From a virus (lineage: Duplodnaviria > Caudoviricetes), in the IMG/VR virus record IMGVR_UViG_3300007734_000672, positions 1 to 39,289 of that record: a stretch of 39,289 nt of DNA; one strand, written 5' to 3'. Positions 16,250-24,100 of this stretch are shown here, piece by piece. The notes beneath the pieces were generated by a model, which saw only the letters and a program-made list of their open reading frames with translations, had not been told where the DNA came from and did not search any database. Position numbers and translations under genes: made by a program. Each line of letters starts with the position of its first letter. Position 1 is the stretch's first letter.

Positions 16250-17088
16250 TGGCTAACGATCTTGAAGCTCCTAAGCCGTTTGTGCCTAGTGGTTTTGTTG
16301 ATGGAAACAGGCTGGATGCGGGTGGCATTGAGCAGATGCGGTTTGGGTTGGCTGGTTCGGGGCCGCTTGCTAAAGCTGTGCTTGATTCTAATATCATTGG
16401 CGCTAGAGCGCAGTTAGGACTTGGAACCGCCCCCACGCTTGCTTCCGTTTCTGGAATAATTAGCATGTATGGTGGCACTGTTCTTCCGGCTGGATACTTG
16501 TGGTGCGATGGTTTACCGTACGACAAAGCCGTGTATCCCGGCTTGTTTACAGCTCTTGGTGTTAATCGTTATGGCGTTGATACGGCTACCCAGTTTTATT
16601 TGCCTAATCTTACGAGTCATCTTCCTCGCGGCGCTGCGACTACGGGTGGTGCGGTCACTACAAACAACAACAATACTCCTAATCATTCCGTTAATGCCAC
16701 AACCGCTAATGCTGCCGCGCCAACCACAAACAGCGACGGCAACCATAACCATAGTATTAGTGCGAGTGCGGCTACTGCTGGTGGTGGTGGTCATGGGCAT
16801 AATAATAATGGTGCAAACACAGGCGGGCCTGCGGGTAATATCAATCGCGGTATTACTGGTGCGGTTTCTGCGGTGGCAACAAGTGGTCATACTCACGGAG
16901 TAAACGGAGCATCAACGTCTAGTAATGCTGAACATAATCATACGGTAAATGCAACCGCAACCACAAACGGCGATGGGGCGCATAACCACTCTCTTAGCGC
17001 TGGAGCAATAACGGTTACAAGCGGAACAATTAATAATGCTGTGTACGTTCCCGCTTTTGTTGAAGTCAACTACATAATTAAAACGTAA
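16249..17088 (+). CDS. Short tail fibre with tail-collar domain
   Basis: Collar motif GIISMYGG..LPAGYLWCDG...YPGLFTALG...FYLPNL. Five HxH motifs; C-terminal P.FVEVNYIIKT. Confidence 0.85.
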   Translation: MANDLEAPKPFVPSGFVDGNRLDAGGIEQMRFGLAGSGPLAKAVLDSNIIGARAQLGLGTAPTLASVSGIISMYGGTVLPAGYLWCDGLPYDKAVYPGLFTALGVNRYGVDTATQFYLPNLTSHLPRGAATTGGAVTTNNNNTPNHSVNATTANAAAPTTNSDGNHNHSISASAATAGGGGHGHNNNGANTGGPAGNINRGITGAVSAVATSGHTHGVNGASTSSNAEHNHTVNATATTNGDGAHNHSLSAGAITVTSGTINNAVYVPAFVEVNYIIKT

Positions 17089-17095
17089 GGAAAGT

Positions 17096-17806
17096 ATGCC
17101 AGAAATTATTTTTATCCCAGCAAACAAAGATGTACTTAATCGTTTTCCCGCGCCTCGACCAGCATCAGAGTTTCTTCCACAATGGTACAAGGATCAATCT
17201 GCATGGACAAGTGATTCAATGACGGTTGGCGAAAATGGAACCACCAATAGCACTATCAAAAAGTGTATGCCAATTTTGGATGATATGACGGCGGGGTACA
17301 TTGTTTGTTTGTCGTCAGATATTCTTTTTTCTTTAGAAGAAGACGGCAATCCTCGTGTTGATTGGAGCGTAACTAATTGTCCGGCTTTTATTTCCACTCA
17401 TTCACCACAACAAGTATCGTGTGTTCCGGTTGCAGACGAGTATTGTCCGTTACCCTTTAAGTTTCAAAACTCTTATCGTATTACTACTCCGCCCGGATAC
17501 TCGTGCCTGTTTAGGCATCCAACGTGGATTAACCCAGCATCTCCCTTTTTGTGTTTTTCTGGGGTTGTAGATACGGACGCGCATCCTATCCCCGTAGAGT
17601 TCCCATTTTTAATTAAGAAGGGTTTTGCTGGTGTGATTGAAGCAGGAACCCCAATTATGCAAGTTATTCCTTTTAAGCGACAAAAGTGGACTAGTCGTGT
17701 TGAGGGAGAGGATAATGAGGCTGGCGCAATAGAGTTTGATAAGACTACTGTTAAGTGGAATAATCGTTACAAGAATAATTTTAGGAGTGTGAAATCGTGG
17801 AAGTAG
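17096..17806 (+). CDS. Conserved phage protein, dUTPase-like beta fold (DUF6065-like)
   Basis: PQWYK, TIKKCMPILD.MTAGY, ITTPPGYSCLF, GVVDTD and GTPIMQVIPFKR motifs. Visibly more AT-rich than flanking genes. Confidence 0.7.
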   Translation: MPEIIFIPANKDVLNRFPAPRPASEFLPQWYKDQSAWTSDSMTVGENGTTNSTIKKCMPILDDMTAGYIVCLSSDILFSLEEDGNPRVDWSVTNCPAFISTHSPQQVSCVPVADEYCPLPFKFQNSYRITTPPGYSCLFRHPTWINPASPFLCFSGVVDTDAHPIPVEFPFLIKKGFAGVIEAGTPIMQVIPFKRQKWTSRVEGEDNEAGAIEFDKTTVKWNNRYKNNFRSVKSWK

Positions 17807-18186
17807 ATAATGCTATTTTGTCTTTAGCGTGTTTAGCGCGTGTTTATCATGGTGCGTCTGTTGAAGATGCTGGAATGTTGGCTCGTAAAGCAATTGAGGT
17901 TGCTGGTGTTAACGCTGATGAAGTTGATCTTATTGACGCATTAAATGATGTGTGGGCTGCGAGCATGGTTGCCGGAACTTTTGTTCCCATTGTGGCGTTT
18001 GATTTGGTTTATCCCTTAAGTCCTAAAGCAGAAAAAACTTTGTTTGCTTCTAGCGATGAGGAAAAACATGAAGCATCGCATTGGCCCGACGAAGAACACG
18101 TTATTCCTAAGCGGTACAAAGACGCTAATCTGGTTGCTCGTAAAAAGAATCGTGCTAAGAAGCGTCGTCATTGGGACAAACCATGA
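17797..18186 (+). CDS. Hypothetical protein
   Basis: 129-aa ORF filling the gap, with a basic C-terminus. Confidence 0.55.
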   Translation: MEVDNAILSLACLARVYHGASVEDAGMLARKAIEVAGVNADEVDLIDALNDVWAASMVAGTFVPIVAFDLVYPLSPKAEKTLFASSDEEKHEASHWPDEEHVIPKRYKDANLVARKKNRAKKRRHWDKP

Positions 18187-18216
18187 TGAGTTTGTTTGTG
18201 CCGACTGCTCTATGGG

Positions 18217-18222
18217 TATACT
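18217..18222 (+). promoter_or_regulatory. -10 box of putative leaderless promoter
   Basis: TATACT, 6 nt before GTG 18229. Confidence 0.65.
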
Positions 18223-18228
18223 AATACT

Positions 18229-18489
18229 GTGACCTCCACGCTCTACGCACCACAACGAGTTAACTACAAACCAACAATGCCTGCCGGACTACCCGCAAGC
18301 ATTGATCCACGCAAAGTCCTGCTCGAATCCTTGAAGAAGCTGGGCGATAAGAAAACGACTGGGATTATGAATCAGTCGCCTGCTGCTGTGATGGGTGCGT
18401 TGACTAATCCTGGTGATGTTGGTAGTGGGATGAAGGGTAGTATTCTTGGTGGCGTTGAGTCTCGCGCGCGGATGATGGGTGGCAACTAG
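18229..18489 (+). CDS. Small putative internal virion protein
   Basis: GTG 18229 is in frame with track ORF 18196-18489. TAGTG coupling to the next gene. Confidence 0.6.
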   Translation: MTSTLYAPQRVNYKPTMPAGLPASIDPRKVLLESLKKLGDKKTTGIMNQSPAAVMGALTNPGDVGSGMKGSILGGVESRARMMGGN

Positions 18490-19745
18490 TGGCTGCGTCT
18501 ACTATTAAGATTCCAAAGGCACCAGTCGTCAAGCCTATTGCTAAGGGTACTTCCACAAGTAAACCTGACGCTCCTAACACTACTGTTACGCCTAAGAATC
18601 TTTCCGCAACGCTTCCAAAGAACGCTAGTCTTTACCAGCGGTACACCGACCCAATTACGGGTGCTAAGTACCAGTATGTTAATGGTGCTTGGAAGATGAC
18701 AAGTGGTGCTACTGGCACTGCTCTTGGTCGGCTCCCACTGACAACTCCTCGTCTTACTGGTTCTGAGTCTACTGGTAGCACCATTGCCACCCCTCCCGCC
18801 CCGGCGCCTGCCCCTCGCGCTCCGTTTAATTATGCTGACGCTTATTATGCCGCGCCTGGGTATAGCGAAAGCATGGCTGGTATTAACGCGCAACAGGCTG
18901 GTGTTGGGTCTAAGTACGGGTTTACTGTTCGTCGAGATACGACTACTGGTTCTCCGTCGTACGGTGGCGCGTATTACAAGGTTAAGGGTGCCGCTGAAGG
19001 GTCGGGAACTATTACGGCAAAAGTTAATCCGACTGATGGCTCGTACGTGTATTCGGACACTGCGGGTAAGATTTACACTCCGCTTGAGCTTGACATTGAT
19101 GTTGTGACCATTAAGCCCGGTGAGGCCGGTTATCTTGGGGGCGCGCTTGGCGGCAACATTGCCCAAAGTGATCTTAATATGCGCAAACTAGGTGATGCTG
19201 CTGCTCAGAGTGGTGTTGGCGCTAGTGGTATTCGTGGCTCTATGGCTTCACAAGAGGGTGCGGCTCGTGCTGCTCGCGAGTTTGGCTTGTATGGTCAGGG
19301 CATGGCTGATCTTGGCGCTACAACTGCTAAGTACGCTGATCTTTACCGCACTATTTTTGATTCTATTAAAGGTCAGGCCGCTGACTACAATTCTGCTCCT
19401 GCTCCCGCCGCTACTCCTAGTGCGCCTACTGTTGTTATTCCCGATGCGGCTGCGCCAAATACTAATCCAAATACGCAGACGGGTCTTGTGCCTGGGCAGG
19501 CTCTTAGTGGTGGGCCTGAGGGACAGTTTATGGGTCAGGCTAATGCAATTGTTGCGCAGCGTGATGCGCCGTATTCGCAGATTAAGACTTCGTTGTTGGG
19601 GTTGAAGCGGTTTAATTTGACTCCGCAGCAGATTCGGTGGATTGATGATTGGATTAAGAATAATGTTCCTAAGCCGTTGAGTCCTGCGCAGAAGAAGGTT
19701 GTTGCTGATGCTAAGGCTAAGATTGCTAAGGGCAAGGGCAAGTAA
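18489..19745 (+). CDS. Putative internal virion (ejection) protein
   Basis: 418 aa, A/G/T/P-rich. AAAQSGVGASGIRGS motif typical of pilot/ejection proteins; position after the tail genes. Confidence 0.6.
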   Translation: MAASTIKIPKAPVVKPIAKGTSTSKPDAPNTTVTPKNLSATLPKNASLYQRYTDPITGAKYQYVNGAWKMTSGATGTALGRLPLTTPRLTGSESTGSTIATPPAPAPAPRAPFNYADAYYAAPGYSESMAGINAQQAGVGSKYGFTVRRDTTTGSPSYGGAYYKVKGAAEGSGTITAKVNPTDGSYVYSDTAGKIYTPLELDIDVVTIKPGEAGYLGGALGGNIAQSDLNMRKLGDAAAQSGVGASGIRGSMASQEGAARAAREFGLYGQGMADLGATTAKYADLYRTIFDSIKGQAADYNSAPAPAATPSAPTVVIPDAAAPNTNPNTQTGLVPGQALSGGPEGQFMGQANAIVAQRDAPYSQIKTSLLGLKRFNLTPQQIRWIDDWIKNNVPKPLSPAQKKVVADAKAKIAKGKGK

Positions 19746-19754
19746 TGGGTAAGG

Positions 19755-19760
19755 TAGACT
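19755..19760 (+). promoter_or_regulatory. -10 box of putative leaderless promoter
   Basis: TAGACT, 6 nt before ATG 19767. Confidence 0.65.
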
Positions 19761-19766
19761 AGACTC

Positions 19767-21113
19767 ATGGCTTTTGACGTTACTCAGTTTGGATTGTCTC
19801 CAAAGCCGGGTTATACCAATTGGGGAACAAGCATTGCTGTTCCTAATGCTGATAAACCCAAGAAAGAGCCTTACAAGTTTGACGGTTCTAAGGCTCCAAA
19901 GGGTTCTAAGCCTACTTCTAATACTAGCGCTTCTAGCAGTAGCGGCACTAGTAGTGGCGGTGGTGGCGGCGGCTCGACAACTCCAGACAAGCTTACCGCT
20001 GCGGAAAAGAAGGCCGCTAGGGACAAGAAGATTGCCGATCAGAAGGCTGCTAATGCTGCGGCTAGGGCAGAAAAGAACAATCCGCTTTTAGCTCCGTACA
20101 AGTCTCCCGCTCAGTTGCGCAAGGAAGCAGCGGATCTTGCTGCTTTTAGTGTTGCTAGTGAAGATTCTCTAAGAAGTCAACAGGCTTTGCAAGAAACGGG
20201 GCTGACTGGTCTTAGTACAGCTCTTGGTAATCGTCTTGGTGGTTTGAATACGGAGTACCGAGCTACGCTTAGTGGTCTTGGTAATGCTTATGGTGGCAGC
20301 GCTGCTGCTACTACTGCGGCTACTAATGAGCAGCTTATTGCTTCTGGTGCGCCTTCAAGCGTTGCGCCTGTTGCTGCTAATCCGATGCTTGGTAATACGA
20401 TTGCGCTGTTTGGTGCTGTTCCTTCGCAGTACGCCACAACTGCTGCTGCTACTGGTGCGCAGCTTGTTGGTAGTTCTCGTGCCGCGTTGCAGAAGTCGCT
20501 TACGGATCGCGCTAATACTGTTAGTGCTAATACGGCTAAGTACTTGTTGGCGTTGCGTGACACTGAGTACAATAAGGCTATTGCAAAGGTTACTGCTGAG
20601 CAGAATGCTGCTCGTCTTGGTGTTGATGCGGAGTATAAGGGGGGTCAGCTTGGTGTTGCGCAGAGTAGGGCGGCGACGGCTGCTGGTCAGCTGACTCGTC
20701 AGATTGAGAAGGATAAAAAGGCTGGCAAGACGGCTGGGTCTACAATTAAGACTGTTCAGAGGGGCATTCTTGCTAATCCTAATTCGTGGACTGAGCCTAC
20801 TTATTCGTCTAATGACTACGAGTGGACGTTTGCTGTTGGGCCGGGGCAAACGGCTACTGGTATTGGGCCAGACAGAGATACTGCAATTAAGAACGCGCAG
20901 GCTTCCGGTGCCTTGACGGCTGATGTTGTTGTGCAGAATCGAGGCAATTCGTCTTGGGGTACGCAAGGCAACGCAGTTAAGGTAATTCCTAAGTATGAGG
21001 ATGTTCAAGCCCAGCTTATGAGTATCCTTGTTAATGCTGGCATGGGGCCAAAGAAGGCTAGTGCTTGGATTGCTACGTTTATGCCGGGTGTGGCTAGGCT
21101 TCCTCGTGCTTAG
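19767..21113 (+). CDS. Putative internal virion (ejection) protein
   Basis: 448 aa, Ala-rich and helical, with an S/G linker. Confidence 0.6.
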   Translation: MAFDVTQFGLSPKPGYTNWGTSIAVPNADKPKKEPYKFDGSKAPKGSKPTSNTSASSSSGTSSGGGGGGSTTPDKLTAAEKKAARDKKIADQKAANAAARAEKNNPLLAPYKSPAQLRKEAADLAAFSVASEDSLRSQQALQETGLTGLSTALGNRLGGLNTEYRATLSGLGNAYGGSAAATTAATNEQLIASGAPSSVAPVAANPMLGNTIALFGAVPSQYATTAAATGAQLVGSSRAALQKSLTDRANTVSANTAKYLLALRDTEYNKAIAKVTAEQNAARLGVDAEYKGGQLGVAQSRAATAAGQLTRQIEKDKKAGKTAGSTIKTVQRGILANPNSWTEPTYSSNDYEWTFAVGPGQTATGIGPDRDTAIKNAQASGALTADVVVQNRGNSSWGTQGNAVKVIPKYEDVQAQLMSILVNAGMGPKKASAWIATFMPGVARLPRA

Positions 21114-21135
21114 TTTGTGTTGCCGTGTGAGTGCG

Positions 21136-21141
21136 TATACT
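21136..21141 (+). promoter_or_regulatory. -10 box of putative leaderless promoter
   Basis: TATACT, 6 nt before ATG 21148. Confidence 0.65.
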
Positions 21142-21147
21142 GTGTAA

Positions 21148-24100
21148 ATGGCTAAGAAGGCTACTCCTAATCCGCTGCTTAACGCTCCGGTGGTTAATCC
21201 TAAGCCTAGTGTTAAACCAAAGGTAAAGCCAAAGGTTCAGGCGGCTGCTAAGCCGGTTCTTGATTCTAGTTACGAGTTTGTTTTTGATCCGTCTGGGTGG
21301 CAGAGCCATGAGGCGCAAGCTGTTCGTGCTTTGTATGCGGATCATACGGGTGGACAAGATCTTGCTGCTCAGCCAGATCCGCAAGAAGCATTAAAGGCTT
21401 CTGGTGTTATTAAGCCGCCTACAAGTAGTCGTGGTCGAGCGTTGGATCGTGGTGCTACGAGGAATGTTTATTCTTCTGCTCAGGACGCGCTTGACGCTTT
21501 GGGTTCTTGGATGGACGACAATCCTATCCCAATATTTGGTGATCCGACTAGCAAGGTTGGTAGGGATTTAAAGCCTGGGCTTGATTACCTTAGTAAAGAA
21601 GCTGGCGATTTTATTGGCGAGTTGACGGGCAAAGATGTTGTTAAGGGCATTGCGGCTGCTGGTACTGGTGGTTTGACGCAGCTTTTGGAGCTTGCTTCTA
21701 ATGTTCGGGTTCCTCTTGGCATTCCCGGTAGTAAGGGGAAGGCTCCGACTATTAGTGTTGGAGAGGCGCTGAAAGCTCCGTTTAAGGCTGCTGGCTCGTT
21801 GGCTGCCAAGTTTCCCGATGCGTATATTAATGCTAATAAAGGTCAGGCTGGTGCGCCTGGTTTGACTGCGAAGGCGTTGCAGGCTGATCCAAAGAATGTT
21901 GCTGGGGCTGTTGCTAGTGGTATCACTAAGAGTGCAGAATTGTTTTCTGCTATGCCTATCTTGTATGGCAGTGCTGCTCCGGTAGACAAGGATTATCTTA
22001 GTGCTGGCGATATTAACGTCAAGCTTGAAGACATTGCGGCAAATACGAATAAGTACATTGATGCTGCGTCGGATGATAAGTCCAAGTTTACTGATGATCC
22101 TTTTGTTAATCAGCTAGCGGATAAAGTAATTGCTGGTGGGTTGTTGGCAGAGGAAATTAATCTTGAGTTGCAGTCGGCTGAGGAGCAGCAAACGTGGAGT
22201 GGTTTTGCGGAGCCGGACATTAATGCGATGCAGATTCGTGCTGCAAAGAATGGTTGGGCTTTTGATCCGTTGAAGCCGAGTGGTAAGGCGGCTTGGCGTA
22301 AACTTACTCCTGCCGAGTGGTTGTATTACGCTTATACGAAGAATAGTTATTGGCCTGTTCTTGGTCGTAGCCTTATTCGTGCTGCTGCTCTTACTGGTTT
22401 GGCTCCTGCGGGTATTATTGGTATGGCTGCGTCTGGCGTTAAGTATGCTGGTGGCGATCCAGAAGACGCGGAAATGATGATTAAGTACGCTCTTGCTCCG
22501 ATTAAGACGTTTCAGGCTGATAGTGAACGGTATGGTGTTGGTGCTGCGTTTAAGAATGCGCTTCGCGACCACCCAGATCAAGTTGTTTTGGCGATCTTTA
22601 CTGCTGCTCGTGGTCTTGGTGCCGCTGGTGGCATTGCCGGTCGAGCGGGAGCGTTTGGTAACGCTGGTAGGCGTGTTGCTGCTAAGAATGTTGCTGTTAC
22701 TGTTCCGGGCGAAGGCGTTACTATTAAGACAAAGGTTTTGCCGCCTGCTCCTATTGTCGAAACCCCCGATGTTCGGCTTGGCCCTGGTAGTTTGGGTTCG
22801 TTGACGGCTGATCGTCAAGCTGCGCGCGTTGCGGCGCAAGCTGAGTCTGATGCGCAGTTTGCTGCTGATGTTGCTAGTGGCAAGATTGAGGCAACTATTG
22901 TTGATTCTCCACCTATTAATGCGCCTGTTGAGATTGGTGTTACTACGGGTAACTTGTTGGACATTTTCTTTTTGCGCGCCGTTAAAGCTCCTCTTGCGCG
23001 TATCAGCACTCCTTACCGTGGACGCTTAGCGTCTAAGGCTGCTGAGGCTAAGGTTCGTCGCCAGTATAATGTTGAGCAGGGTATGCGGGTTGAGATTCGT
23101 GCTGCTCTTAGTCGTCCGTTTGGTCGAGCGCCTACGCAACTTGAGTTGGATCGTACTGGTTTTAATCTTATTTATGCGGGGCAGAGTCTTAAGGGAGAAA
23201 AGGTTACGCCTGGTTGGATGGCTAAACAATTCCAAGCTGCCATTGATGAGTACAGGATTAAGCAGAATAAGAACATTGATCTTTTTAATGAGACTACGGG
23301 CAAAATTGAAAGTATGCCCGAACAGGCTGCGCAAATAAAGCTGTGGGAAGATCAGATTACTTATCATAAACAGCTTGATTCTGTAGTTATTCCCGAAGCT
23401 ACGATGGCTGAGGTGCGTGCTATTGCTAAGCCGTTGGGTGAGGAGAATACGCGCATTGTTGCAGAGATTCTTAAAGAGGATGTTACTGCTACTAAGCGTG
23501 CTAACTATATTCGGCTTATTGCTTCTAATAATGATCTTCAAGAGTTGGGCAAGCTTCTTCAGGCGGAACGTAACGCTAGTCGCAAATCGCTTATTAAAGC
23601 GCAGAAGAAGGCTCGCGAGCTTGCTGCGGTTTATGCGGAAAAGGTTACGCCTGGTGGTGTTGGGGCTAAGAGTCGTCCTAAAAGTGTTGCGGATCAGGCG
23701 CAGAAGAAAGCTAATCTTCTTGCTGCATTAGTTGAGGCGCGCGATGCGGCGCTTAAGGTTTCTAAGGACAAAAGTCTTGATGATGCTACTCGTCAAGAGG
23801 CTCTTACTCTTTCTGGTAGGTATGGCGATGCGGCTGCGCGTCTTGAAGCTAGTGGGGCGGGTGTGGCGGATCGAGCGGCTGCCGATGCTGCGATTGTTGC
23901 GGAGATTGATGCGCTTACGTTAAGCGACGAGGCTGCTGCTGGTCTTACGCCAGAAGCACAAGCGGCGTATAGCGCGGCGCAAGCAGCAGAAGCCGCTCGT
24001 GCTGCGCAGGCTAGTGTGGTTTCTGGTCTTGAGGCTCGGCGTGCTGCGGCTCTTGGTCAGGTTGCTCCGCTTGTCGGAACCCAGCCGCTTAAGTCTGCTA

